From positions 14,600,330 to 14,664,329 of the forward strand of contig OZ316898.1 in assembly GCA_973895155.1 (NCBI GenBank): DNA of 64,000 nt, in the 5' to 3' direction. Source of the DNA: Marsupella aquatica (lineage: Eukaryota > Plantae > Marchantiophyta). The notes below the pieces were generated by a model. It searched no databases. It saw nothing but the letters and a program-made list of their open reading frames with translations, and was not told where the DNA came from. The translations under genes were made by a program, and so were the position numbers. Below are positions 25,511-38,760 of this stretch, piece after piece; within the stretch, counting starts at the first letter, position 1, and the number at the start of each line of letters is the position of its first letter.

Positions 25511-28500
25511 TCCAACAATTCATTATGGAGATTCTACTCTACATAATTAGTTCGTGGACCCCCACCTGTTTTTATTCGATTAGTGGACTACTACGTTGAG
25601 CTTCAGTGATCTGCTAGAGTAGTTGAGGTTGATCAGTCCTTATCGATCTTGTCAATGTCCTTATCGATTCTCGTTGCTTCTCCTTCTTTCTGCTCGATCT
25701 ATTTGTTTCTGATTAAGATGTGCTGCGCCTCTTTTCTGTCCTCGATCAGTTCTCATTTTTCCTTTCTTCATTCGGCTTCTGATCTTTTTTGATTTTGTTT
25801 CTCCAACATTCCTCTTTACTTTGCACTTCAAGAGGCGAAACTCCTTTCGAGCTTTCCTCTTTTCATTACTTTCATCAAAAGCCTTCCTCCCTTTCGAAAT
25901 GTTGATGTGCTTCTTTTGTTCTGACGATTTTATTTCGGCAGTTACACAGGAATACGGTTACTGTTTACGTTGAACACTATTTACTTTTATAAAAAAACAT
26001 TTATAAATTTAAGTAAAGAGAATATGGGTGAATGTTTTTAATCTCGCCCTTTGTATCAATAGATTTGGATAAACTTTTAATTACTTTTACATTATGTTTT
26101 GACGGCATGGCGTCCATAAAATTACACGAAAAGCGACGTAAACAAGATGGAGAGGAGTTTTTTCTTTGCGCAAACATGACCATTCTTGTTTGTTGCGGTT
26201 GTTGCTGATGTGGCACGCTGTGGTGCCAGGAATTTTGGAAGGAACCTCTAGTGGGGTCCGTAAATAAATATTTAAGGCCTTCAAGTTTATTCAGGTCCAG
26301 TTACTATAGCCTTATGGGCGATAACAGACACTCAAACTTGAGCCAAGTTCACATATTTTGGGACACTCTGCCTACAATTCTTCTAAACAGACTTTAGCAT
26401 ATTATTATTATTGTATATAGTAAAAGGTGACATCTGAACTTTAAAAAAAAAAATTGGCTTCATCCAGGAACTCCTTATTGGTATGTCCCAATGTATATCC
26501 TAGTGCCCACATTATTAATTATCAATGATTCCAAGGGGGTTTGGGCGATTTTCCAAAAAGTCACCGTAAAGGAACTGTAGCGAGGAATATGCGACGTCTT
26601 CATGTCGGAAATCTGACGCAGGAGTATCTCGAATTCTCTAAGCTCCACGTAGTTAGGGGACGTACAGTCCCAAAGAAAGGACCCAAAGAAAGGAGGTGCA
26701 GTACTGCATTCCCAAAGCAAGTCTAAGTGCATACTTTCTGTCAGGAAATTTACCATGTCCCTGAAAATAAATAATTAAAAACTTTCACTCCTTCCCAAAG
26801 CAGTCCCTTCCCGTTTTGGGGGCCTTCGAGGACTCCACTTGTACTTTGGTGATTTTTAATAAATCTGTACTACAGCCGTCTCTCTCTAAATGGACACTCC
26901 TCTGACTAAAAAGCCTCTGCGTGCATTTAACTACAGTAGGGTTTCCACCTCACAAGTGTTGACAAGAGCTAGGGTTTCCACTACCTCACAAGCGTCGACA
27001 AGAGCTGGAATGTCTCTAGGTCCAATGGGCACGGTGTCACTTGACATTCTCGTGCATTCCTCCTAAATTTTAATCGCTGCCCAGAATGTGATCGCTTAAC
27101 ATCATAAGTGCTGCAAATTTTACTTTACGTCAAAATGACTTTCACTTATCAATAATAAGTGTAAGTCAAAGGAACTATGTGCATACAAAGAAGTGTGCAT
27201 AGACCCTTCCAAAGGATTTGCACATCTATGTTTAGTTTAGTGGAGCCCTCTTGTACTTACAAAAACTGTAAAACAAAGTGCAAAATGGTGAGGGAAGAAA
27301 AGGGAAGAAAAGGGAAGAATGATATGCCTGGCAATTATCCAGATTTTGCAATTAAGGAGTGCCCACTTAGGAAGAGACAATTGTATATGATATATGACTG
27401 AAATCTAGATGAATGACCCCATTCATGAACTCCACTGCAGAGTGAAGCCATAGGCCTTATCTGTCTGGTACCAACATTTTCTGTTATTCAAACCCTGTGA
27501 GGGATGGGAGTGGGGGGTCTGCAGCATACAGGGAGACCTTCCTGTGCATCCGCAGGGTATTCCAGGTTGTTATCAAAATTTCCCATTAGAAACAAATAAA
27601 AAGTGAAGAAATGGAAACAACAGGCCAATTGATTTAAGAAACAGCAGAAATAATCAATTTATCGCATGGACCTTTTACCAGGTAATATTCAAGCAATCAC
27701 CTCTAGTTGTAGAAAGGAAAATTGGGCAAGAGCGACTTGCAAAAACAAAGAAATAGAGGTAACAAGATACATATACCACACTGCTACAGAACAAAAAGCG
27801 CCAATTGGAAGCAGTGTAGGGAACTGGAATGTAAAAGCCCCAATAAATCCTCACTTGCAGATATCCTTGGGGGATTGATTTCCAAAAATTGTAAGAACCA
27901 TGTGCAATCCAAAGTAGATGTTTATGATGAAGACTATCTAAATTTTCAAAGATGTAGGTGATAAAAATAAGGTATTTTAAACTCTCAAAATGTATAGAAT
28001 ATTCTCTCATGTCTACATTTTATCAATTAGCACAGGTAATTAATATTGAAAATTCAGAATATTTTGAGAATTTATTTTTCATAAATAAGGAGATTGTACT
28101 AGGCTAGGATTGCACGTGATACCCCAAAGTATAAACTAACCCCCCAAACATCAACCTCCAGATGGCAACTTCAGCCGTTGGATCCCAATAGTGAGGGACC
28201 AATTGAAACTAACTTTTTGTGTTTCACAAACCAGATTACAAGGGAAACTAAGTTTATGCATTTCACAAACCAGATTACAAGTGAAACTCACTTTTGCATT
28301 GTACAAACCGGATTGTGAGGAGGTGAGGGCAGGTTTTAAATAACACCTTTTTGTCTTACTAATTAGCAACTGATGTTCTTTTTTGTACTTTTGGCTCAGG
28401 CTCGCCCCCATTGCCTTTTCTCTTTTTTCTTTTTAATTTTTTTGTTGGGGGCGAGACGGATGGGAAGTCTGCCAAAAGTCTTCAGTGGGACAAAACCCAT

Positions 28501-28982
28501 CAGATATGATCAAATGGGAAAAAAGTAGCATCAGCCACAAAGCCCCAACTGAAAGCAAAACCAGAAGGGGAACCGCCCTTGCTTTCGTAGGAATGAATTT
28601 TTTGGAGTTCTCCCCCTCCCACAAAACAAGGGGAGTGCGGGGAAACAGTAGTGGAAACTACTTCTAGTACAGTAGTGTTAAGAGTGCAGTCGGATGAGCA
28701 TACTGATGCCTGCTTGGCAACCTTTTATTAGCAAAACTTTGCCAAATCCTGCCTCAGAATTGCATTGTGAGACGTTCAACAAAGGGAGCACTCCTGAGAG
28801 TTGACTTACCGGCACTCCGCCCTTCCCAAGAAACAATTGGCCTGAGTAGCCTGTGTTGGTGTGTCCTCCCACAACAGCCACTGGATCGCCACCTCCTCCA
28901 ACCTCATGTGTACCAGGTAAACGCCTATTTTATTTCAGCTGCTCCTTACATGCCTGTGTGTTTCCTCACTTGTTGGTCTTAC

Positions 28983-29305
28983 TGTAGAGGTTAACTCAGT
29001 CTTGGGTTGAACTATGGTTAGTATGTTAACTAGGTTTAGAGTAAACCCTAGTTGAAGAGTTGGTCCTTATCTCTTCAACTCCTATGTGGTGTGAGAACAC
29101 ACAAGAGAGTTCTCAAGAGAGAACACAATGATATAGCAAGAGATGAGAGCTTGAAGAGATGAGAGCTATGGTGATGCTTGAGTAGACACATAACCATTAA
29201 TAAAGCTTGGTCTTCCCGTGGACGTAGCCAACCTTGAGGCGAACCACGTAACTATTGAGCACGTGTATGTTTGGAGTGTTTTTCCTGATCTGATTTCTCC
29301 CCACA
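28983..29305 (+). repeat. 5' LTR of copia element
   Basis: tgtagaggttaac...ctccccaca; 7 substitutions relative to the 3' LTR over 323 bp. Confidence 0.96.
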
Positions 29306-29307
29306 AT

Positions 29308-29319
29308 TGGTATCAGAGC
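29308..29319 (+). promoter_or_regulatory. Primer binding site (tRNA-iMet)
   Basis: tggtatcagagc, 2 nt after the 5' LTR. Confidence 0.9.
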
Positions 29320-30507
29320 TCAGATTTTTTCAGTCGATTAGGAACTCCATAGAACTTGCTTCAAGCAAAGCGAACAGCGGATGATTTCCTCTTCGAAGCG
29401 GAGCTATTGAAAGAAGATCGGACTCAATCTTCTCACAAGTGTGGAGCACACAACCAGGGGCTCATTTCAGTGAAGCAATGAAGGCATGAGGTCAGAAACG
29501 GAAACAATTGTAAGTGACGGTTTTCAATTTACGTTATCGGGCAAGAGATAAGGTCAATTTCTCAGATCAATCTTTTTTATTGTTCTATCGGGACTTGAAA
29601 CTGAGCTACGCTTGAGCGCCTTGTCTTTCTAGACGTTTCGATATCAATATCGTTGAATTCCGTCAAACGGTTGAGAAGCAATCTTAATTTCAATTCTCGT
29701 TTTTTGAGCTCAAAATTTTGGCTATGGAGGATAACTTAATATCAGTCACTTTCACCGAATTGTTTCTCCCTCATTACTCCACCGTTTTGCAAGTTCTTTA
29801 TATCAATCTTGATGCCCTCGAAGTCTAGTTTCTGAATCTGAAATCAGAATTGGATTTCGTCAAAAACTGAGACGGGAATTTGAGTGAATCCGCCGAGGGG
29901 TACTTTCTGCCGCGAGTAGTCGCGACTTCCGCGGAGGCCGAGGAGGTCGAAAACTTCGAGGAGGCCTTTTAGGGCTCGACAGGGCTCGGGCAGGGGGAAG
30001 TGCCCCCTGTGAAGTCCCCCACAGGGGCTGTACAAGGGCGGACGGAATTTCCTGAAAAGATTTTTTTTCCAGAGGCTTAAATTTTTACCGAAGGTCAAAA
30101 ATTCCGAGCGGCAAATAAAATCGGATCAACTTCAACTTTTGGAGAGGCGTACTTGGGGAAGCTAGGCAAGTATTGGTGCATTTGATTCTGAAAAAGTATA
30201 CTAGTGGAATCTTTGACATAGGGCCTTAGGCCTGCTGTTTGTAGCCCTAGCCGGAGATTCCCTCGAGGGGTAATTATTTCATCTTTTACCCCCCTCCGGT
30301 CAGAGTAAAAATTCTTGGCACTCGAGAGTCCATTTGACAAACCGTTTTCAGCATTTGGAGCGTTATCTTGTGGGCTACACACTAGAGTGATCGATTTCAA
30401 AATTCACCAACTTTCATTTTTGGCCTTATTTTCACACCCCACATCTGAGCATTCGACGTTTATTTCTTGTTGGAAGGTGACTTCACACTACATTTGGCAT
30501 TCCAGCG

Positions 30508-33500
30508 ATGGCGACTACTAGGATTGGAGGTCAAAGGTTTAAGGTGGAAAAATTTGATAGTCGGATGGACTATACAATGTGGGAACGTAACGTGAGGGAT
30601 GCACTTAGGGCGATGGGCCTAGGCAAGGTACTAAGATCTCAACCCAAGGAGATGGAAGATGATGATTGACATGATCTTCAGGATCAAGCGGTAAGCATTG
30701 TTGGAATGTACCTGAAAAACAATGTGAAGAAGCAGTTCGAGGAAAAATCAACACAAACGGTGACGGACTTGTTTCAAGCATTGCGCAACAAGTACTACAA
30801 GAAGGAGATGTCAAACCGAATGTATGCAAGAAACTCATGCAATTCAAAATGGCTGATGGAGTCAAAATTCAAGATCATATCGATCAGTTCAATGATCTTG
30901 TGGTTGACCTAGAGAATTTGGGGGAGCATTTGAGCGAAGAAAAGAAAGCCTTACAACTCTTGAGCTCACTACCGCCTTCGTACCAATCTTTGTCTCGAGT
31001 TCTTCTATTCCATGATAAGACAACTATATCCTACAATGATATGGTGAGTGTCCTGTTGACCGATGACATGCAATCTAAACTGGTTTCTTCAGCTCATCCT
31101 ACCTCAACCTCATCATCAACAACACTGTTGGTAGAAAGAGGCAAGACAAGGAGTCATTTCATGAAAATAAAAGGTTTAACCCACCTCCCATGGAGCGAGG
31201 AAGGTTCTAGGAGCGATCATTTGGTAGGAGGAGGTTTAGATCTAGATCTAGATCTAGATCTAGATCTTGATCCAAATCACCATCCAAGTCTACTCGTGAG
31301 ATAAAGTGTTGGAAGTGTGACAAAGTGGGCCACATGAAGAAGGATTGTCGCGTCAAAGACACATTCAAGGAAGTTGCCGGTTCTTCAGCCCAAGTAGTTG
31401 TTCGAGAAGAGGATAGTGAAGGATTTGCATTGTGTACCACTCGGGGTACCACTTCCCAAGTTGAGGATTGTCAATGGATTTTGGATTCTGCTTGCTCGTA
31501 TCACATGTGTTATATGCGTGAATTTTTCTCATCCTACACTCCTATCAACGGATCTGTGAAATAATCATTCTTGCAAAGTTTTAGGGATTGGATCCGTAAA
31601 GATTCAACTACCCGGTGGCAAGTACTGTACTCTATCAAATGTCAGACACATTCCAGAAATGTGTAAGAATTTGATTTCTCTTGGCTACTTGGATGCAAAG
31701 GGTTATCAATGGAGTGCAACTGATGGGGTGTTAACAGTCACGCACGGATCAAATGAAGTTCTTATTGGCAAGAGAAAAAGAAATATCTATGTTTTGGAAG
31801 GCACCACCCTTCTTGCCAAAGTCAATTTGGTCATATCTCAGGAGGAGAAAATCAATTTATGGCATGCTCGGCTTGGTCACATGAGTGAAAAAAATTTGGA
31901 AATCTTACACAAGCGACATCTCCTACCAGGATTGCAAGCATGCAAGTTGAGTTTTTGTGATCATTGCAATGTCGGCAAGAAAACAAGAACTCCATTTCCG
32001 ACTGCTATTCATCATTATAAAGTTGTACTTGAGTATATTCATTCCGATGTGTGGGGTCCTGCTCCGGTTTCCTCACATTCAGGCAAACAATACTATGTAT
32101 CGTTTATCGATGATTACTCAAGGTTTGTTTGGATTTATTTCATTGCCTATAAGTTTGAAGTACTTTCCATCTTCAAACAATGGGTAGCTCAAGTTGAGAC
32201 ACAGACTGCAAAGAATGTGAGATATCTATGATCATATAATGGTGGTGAATACACCTCTGGCGAATTCAACACGTATTGTGCAAATAAGGAAATTACTCAC
32301 CATCTCACAACTGTGTACACTCCTGAGAAAAATGGTGTTGTTGAGCGACTCAACCGCACATTGTTGGAGCGAGCAAGGAGCATGTTGAGCCACTCTAAAT
32401 TGCCACAAATCTTTTGGGCGGAAGCTGTCAACATAGCTGCTTATCTAGTAAATCTCTCTCCTAGTCGGGCAATTACTTACAAAACCCCCTTTGAGCTATG
32501 GCACAATCGACCTGTTGATTATTCAAAGCTTAGGGTTTTTGGTTGTGAAGCATATGCACATGTTTCTAGCAACAATAAGACTAAGCTAGATCCTAGAGCC
32601 CATAAATGCATTTTTCTTGGTTATCAGCGTGAAGTTAAAGGTTATCGGTTGTGGGATCCAGTTGATTGCAAGTTACTTGTTAGTCGGGATGTATCCTTCA
32701 ATGAAGAAAAATCATTGAAGGAGGGGGAGATAGATCAATTCCCTACTACTAACAACGAGCAATCTCCTCCTCTAGAGGATTTAAGGGGAGAGGATGTGTC
32801 AAATGGAGAATATGTTGACACTACTATAAGGCAAAGCGCACTACAATCAGATCAGCCAGAGTCTTCAGTGCGAAGAGGAACTCATAAACGTCAAGCCCGT
32901 ATGGAACTTGGCTTCCTTCTGATCATGTGGATTTGGATGAAGAATCTATTGATGCATTGGTGACAGAAGATGGAGATCCATCCTCATTTCGAGAGGTCCT
33001 AGCTTCTATGGAGAAGCAACAGTGGCAGGCGGCGATGCGTATGGAAATGAAATCACTTCATGATAACAAGACTTGGAAACTCACAAGTCTACCTAGTGAC
33101 AAGCAGGCTGTTGACAGCAAGTGGGTGTATAGGAAGAAAGATGGACCCACGGAGGATGCTGAGAAGATATTTAAGGCTCGGTTGGTAGCCAAGAGTTTTA
33201 CTCAACAAAAAGGTATAGACTACAATGAGGTTTTTTCACCTGTAGCAAAGTATTCAACAATATGTTTGCTATGTGCTCTTGTAGTTTTATTTGATCTGGT
33301 TTTAGATCAAATGGATGTTATTACGGCATTCTTATATGGATCGTTGGATGAGGTGATTTACATGAGGCAACCAGAGGGTTTTGTGCAAAAGGACAAGGAA
33401 AATTTGGTATGCAGGTTGCTAAAATCCTTGTATGGATTACAGCAGAGCCCAAGGCAGTGGAACAAGCATTTTGATGAATTTTTGAAATCACTTGGATTTG

Positions 33501-34557
33501 TGCGAAGCGTGTACGATCCATGTGTTTACATCAGGCGTGTGAACAACACAGGTTTTAAGTTTGTCATCCTTGTACTTTATGTGGATGACATGCTCATTGC
33601 AGCACAGGATAGGGGGAAGTTGATAAGCTTAAGGCCCAACTCAGTTCTGAGTTTAAGATGAAGGATTTGGGCACAGCGAAGAGAATCCTAGGCATGGAGA
33701 TTGTCAAGGATGTTAACAAAGCCAAACTTTGGCTCACGCAGAAAAAATATGCAGAGAAGGTACTCTCAAAATTCAACATGGCAGATGCTAAGGCTGTGAG
33801 TGTTCTTTTGGCAAGGCATTTCAATATTTCTGCAGCATTTTGTCCATCGGATGCGACAGAAAAAAGTTTGATGTCCAAAGTTCCTTATGAAAGTGTTGTG
33901 GGTAGTTTAATGTATCTCATGGTATGCACCCGACCAGACATAGCTTATGCCGTTAGCAAGGTAACCAGATACATGGCAAATCCAAGAAAAGTTCATTGGG
34001 AAGCAATAAAATGGATTTTGCGCTACATCAGAGGTTCCACTAAGAAGGGGTTTATTGTTTGATGCAAGTTCAAACAATATGAAAGTGCTTCAAGGTTATG
34101 TGGATGCAGACTACGCAGGTGATCTGGATAAGAGGAGATCGACAACTGGATATGTATTTACACTTGCTGGTGGATGCATTAGTTGGAAGTCTACTCTCCA
34201 AAAGTGTGTTGCAAAGTCTACTATGGATGCCGAGTATGTAGCGGCAGCAGAAGCAGCATCAGAGACCATTTGGTTGAAAAAGCTTGTCATGGAGATGGGC
34301 TTATCACAAGATTGTGTCTATCTTCATTGTGACAGTCAAAGTGCAATTTACACTGCCAAGAATCAAGTGATGGATGGTAGGGTAAAGCACATTGATGTCC
34401 GCTATCATTTCATCCGACAGGCATCCGATAGGCATTATCGGATGATGAGTTTGAGCTTGTCAAGATTGATGGAAAGCTTAATCCAGCGGATGCTTTTACC
34501 AAAGTATTAGACTCCAATAGTTTTTCAAGGCATTGTAATTATTTACAAATATTGTAA
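30508..34557 (+). pseudogene. Copia gag-pol polyprotein, disrupted
   Basis: MATTRIGGQRFKVEKFD (gag), CWKCDKVGHMKKDC zinc knuckle, WILDSACSYHM (protease), WHARLGH..C..C and IHSDVWGP (integrase), LYVDDMLI (RT), GYVDADYAGD..KHIDVRYHFIR (RNase H). Stops at 30667 and 32229 and several frameshifts split it into the listed ORFs. Confidence 0.93.
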
Positions 34558-34751
34558 ATATAGAGTTAACCAAGAAAATGTCTCTATATGAGTACTCCAT
34601 CCGATGGCTTATCGGCTACGGCTTAGTTCTAGTTAACCCTTGCGTTAGGGGAAGGGTCTTTTGGCCCTACTGTCTTGAACTTCCCGCGGAGGAACTTGTA
34701 AGGAAAAGACAATGTTATGAACCCTCGCAAGACGTGAGTCAAGGGGGAGTT

Positions 34752-35074
34752 TGTAGAGGTTAACTCAGTCTTGGGTTGAACTATGGTTAATATGTTAACT
34801 AGGGTTAGAGTAAACCCTAGTTGAAGAGTTGGTCCTTATCTCTTCAACTTCTATGTGGTGTGAGAACACACAAGAGAGTTCTCAAGAGAGAACACAGTGA
34901 TATAGCAAGAGATGAGAGCTTGAAGAGATGAAAGCTATGGTGATGCTTGAGTAGACACATAACCATTAATAAAGTTTGGTCTTCCCGTGGACGTAGCCAA
35001 CCTTGAGGCGAACCACGTAACTATTGAGCACGTGTATGTTTGGAGTGTTTTTCCTTATCTGATTTCTCCCCACA
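34752..35074 (+). repeat. 3' LTR of copia element
   Basis: Direct repeat of 28983-29305, preceded by the PPT and followed by TSD cttac. Confidence 0.96.
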
Positions 35075-37151
35075 CTTACAAGTTGTGGTTTGGACTTGCC
35101 AAATCTTATGATACATATCTTAAACTTGTCACCACCTGGTCCTTATGGACTGATCCAACTGCTCGCCATAAACATACCTTGGGTGGGTGAGAGATCGCCA
35201 CCCCTCTTGAGACATGGAACCATTGGTCACATCATTGCCACCTCTTCTTAGGCAAGCCAATGGGCAGTTGCCACAATGGCTGCTTCCCGTTGACCTTAAA
35301 AAAAATCCTGTTGCTTGGTGCAAAAAATAAATGGGGACTTGAGGGAGACAGGTGAGTTTGGGTAGACAGTGTCATCTCTGGAGTTGTGATTCCTTAGTAT
35401 CTGGCCCCAACAAGTTTGTACTTCCCTACGCCTGTTTCTAGAACTTGTTGTCCGGGCCATTGGGTGGTTCCCTACATCCATTGCAGCCCAATCTCGAGCC
35501 CGGTCACTCAAGAGTTGCCCCTTTATATTCTTAATTGGCCTTTGGCACATAGTTTTGTGTAATTGGATTTTTCCGGAATGGAGAGCGTGAAACTCAGAGG
35601 CATGAGGTGAGTTCAGCCCACTCATAAATGAGTAATTAACGACAAAAGTACTGAGTGTTGTTAACTCATCAAAACTTAGTTTGAGTTACCAAGGGAAAAT
35701 ATCAATCTGAAATCTCCCGATTCACTCCTGATTTTTATGGAAATAAGTTGATTCACTCAAGGCATCATGTCTTGAATAACGACATGCCTTGAGTGTTGCA
35801 AACTAGGCTTCAATGTGATTTATCTATCTGAAGGCGCACAATTAATGCTGAAAATACTCTGTCATGACGTGTTTTGCATCATAAATATTTATGTGTTCTT
35901 GTCCCAGGCTAATTAGCCACTCTCACCAATCTGAAGCACAGTTCATGATAGCAGAACTGGGTCTTTCGACAGGGCAGTCAAAAGTCGGTCTGCTGAAATA
36001 CTAGCTATCATGATTTGGTCTTCAAATCGTCAAAGTTCCACCATACAAGCAATGACGTGACAGCATAATAGACAGTTCGAGAATGCCTCTGGGATTACAG
36101 TCCCTACCTTCATCCTATCGAAACAGCATGATGGGGGACATCCCCAACCGCCCTGGGGACCGGCGTGGCAGGATATCAAGCTGATATATTATTGTACCTG
36201 GATGACAAGGCTCTACAGTAGTGATCTACCGCACCTACTTGATGATGGTAGTGATATGGTGTAGCTGAAACATATGTCAAAATACAGAAAATCACTTTAT
36301 TCTTCCACTCATATCTTGGGAAGTTGTGACTGCATAATTATACATATTCTGGCTAATCTGCTGAGCCGCGCTCAGTCGAAATCTTGGTAGATTCTTGATT
36401 ATTTGCACACACCTTTCGTTCAAAGAGACAGGTTCTTAGTCACAGGTTCATTGACTGCCTCATACTGCTGGCATCTATTTACGCCGGATCTGATGGCTCG
36501 CTTTTGTATCGTGCACCCTGTTTCAGCAACGATTGGCTACTCGTTTTTGCTAGCAGAGCTTCTCGAGTGACCCGATTCACTGATCCAGGATTGAGCACTA
36601 GTATCATCGTCTGAGCTCTTATTATTATAATACATAGAACTTTGGAGTCTACAGTACAACCAAGTTTACCGTGTGATCTGAATGGAAATCCCTCGGTGAG
36701 TGTCGTTTTGATGTACTGGAGACAAAATAAATTTGTTGTGAGTGTTTGGCCTCATTGGGAGATGGGAGGAGATCGTTAGGACGATGACTTTATACTACCG
36801 GTAGCTCAAGGGGAACACCCTCTACAATGTGGGCCTGTGGAGAAGAACTTCGTCAAGGTTCTCATGCTGGCTTTACAAGACCTCGGGGGTCATCATGTTT
36901 CTTGTTATTCCCTTTGACATTAAATCTGGACCATATATAAGTGTGGAAGCGATTGCAATTGGCTTGCTTTACCGGAGGTGTGGGGCCATTGAGGTATGGT
37001 ATTTACTGATCCTGGCAAAGAGTGGGCCCAACTAAATGCTGATGGGAGTGCTGATGTTCTCTAGAAGTTTAGACCACATTTTCCAAACTTCACTCAAAAG
37101 AACTGAACTTTATTTCAACAGATTTTTGGTTTGGAGTTTATCTTTACAACA

Positions 37152-37644
37152 AGTGACAATAAATAACAATACTGGGCATTTACAAGTCTGGTAATTGAAA
37201 TGAGTACAATCTATATCCCTTAAAGAGTATCAATTAGAGGGCAAGTCTGGTGCCAGCAGCTGTGGTAAGTCCGGCTCCAATAGCATATATTTAAGTTGGT
37301 CTAGTTAAAAAGCTCATAGTTGGATCTTGGGATGGGCCGAGTGGTCCGCCTCTTTTGGTGTGCACTGGTCTCTCCATCCTTTCAGTCAGAGACGCACTCC
37401 TGGCCTTAACTGGCTGCGATGCGGAGTCGACTATGTTACTCTGAAAAAATTTAAGCGCTCAAAGCAAGCCTATGCTCTGAAGACATTAGCATGGAATAAC
37501 TTGATAGGACTCTGACTGGTCCTATTTTGTTGGTCTTTGGGATCGGAGTAGATTACTAGGGACAGTTGGGGGCATTTGTATTTCATTGCCAGAGCTGAAA
37601 TTCTTGGATTTATGAAAGACAAACTTCTGCAAAAGCATTTGCCA
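37152..37644 (+). pseudogene. Degenerate 18S rRNA gene fragment (~490 bp, V3-V4 region)
   Basis: gtgacaataaataacaatac..gagggcaagtctggtgccagcagc(t)g(t)ggtaa..agttaaaaagctc(a)tagttgga..caaagcaagcc..ttagcatggaataac..gaaattcttggatttatgaaagac..aaagcatttgcca. It is colinear with plant 18S but has many substitutions and no flanking rDNA. Confidence 0.9.
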
Positions 37645-38489
37645 TGGCAAAAGAAGATCCTGCCAAAAGTTGCATGGAAGTTGAAGAATAATGTCAAAAC
37701 CTCAATGGGGCATTACTAGGTAAAAATTTGACGGTTTGGGTCGCAATTTGTATCGATCTTCATCGAATCGCCAAGAGCTTTCCAGTGCCGTCAAGAAATC
37801 CAGAATCCAATTGGGATTAACAAGTTACAACCCAAAATGACTGCCAAACTCAACAAATGGATGGAAATTTGTGTGTCCCAAAGGCTCTGAGTCTTAACCC
37901 TAAACCCTAACTTCATTACCTTGAAATGGTGGACTGGGGTCTAGAGAGCAAATCCAGCTCCATGCCCGTTTGGAGGCTTTGAAAGAGGGAGGGGCACAGC
38001 TAACACCCCGGGTCCTCACTTTTTTTCTTCCAACCACCACACTTGAATAAATTTAGGGTTTTTTCATTGGGTTTAGTGAAAGACTTTTTTTTTTTTTTTA
38101 AGAACGTTAGGGGTTGTTTTGATCTAATTTTGAGAATTATAAGAATCATAGGGTTTTTTGAAATCAAATTTGAAAATATTCAAAAAACTTTATTGACTTA
38201 AGTTTTAGGGTGTTTATTCCCTCAAAACTTTGCGCGTGATATGGGACACCCCTTGGATTGAGGCCCCTAAGAGCTAACAGGGTCAGGAGGGGGCTGGGAA
38301 TGTTATTGTGCGTGTTGGCGATGTTGGCACCAGTCCCGCCCACACTGATGAGGGAGGGAGATGTCAACCCAACCACTGTCAGGGCAAGTGTGCAGGGGGT
38401 GCTCATCCTGGGAGGGAGAAGAAAAAGACTGGACAGGAGGTGGGGGTGGAACAAACGTGTACAACATAATACACTGCACAAATTTCATT

Positions 38490-38760
38490 AATAGCTTTCT
38501 CCCCCTTGCTCTTGAGCTCTTTGGGCGTCTTCATCATCAGTCTGATGGGTTCTTTTCCAGGCTGCTCATAATAGGCCAGATGGGTCTCTCCCGACCCCCG
38601 CTATCTCTTTTGACCACACATGTGTTTCAACGCATTTCAATGACATTACAGTCTTCTATCAACAATCTCTCACATTGGATGCTAGTGTGCTTCCACGGTG
38701 GCAGCCCCCCCTAGAGAACATTCCAGTCCCACTTGCTGATTTAGTTTTGACACCTCATGT
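38490..38760 (+). mobile_element. Non-LTR retrotransposon remnant (CRE-like, REL endonuclease C-terminus)
   Basis: FLPLALELFGRLHHQSDGFF..PPLSLL..FQRISMTLQ resembles the FxPLAxExFGxL..RQRISVALQ motif at the end of REL-type LINE ORFs. Confidence 0.5.

Larger units (their letters stand above)
28983..35074 (+). mobile_element. Full-length Ty1/copia LTR retrotransposon (decayed gag-pol)
   Basis: Two 323-bp TG..CA LTRs, 5-bp TSD CTTAC (28978-28982 / 35075-35079), PBS tggtatcagagc (tRNA-iMet) at 29308, PPT aagggggag at 34741, and domain order gag-PR-IN-RT-RH. Confidence 0.97.

Noticed and set aside
31236-31268. (AGATCT)n palindromic microsatellite
   Set aside because: Encodes the RS-rich linker before the gag zinc knuckle, which is common in copia elements.
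37152-37644. Functional 18S rRNA gene
   Set aside because: Only ~490 bp, conserved positions are mutated, and there is no ITS/5.8S/26S context.
37895-37910. Interstitial telomere (taaccctaaaccctaa); similar at 24401-24423
   Set aside because: Only two to three units; common telo-box-like motifs, not an array.
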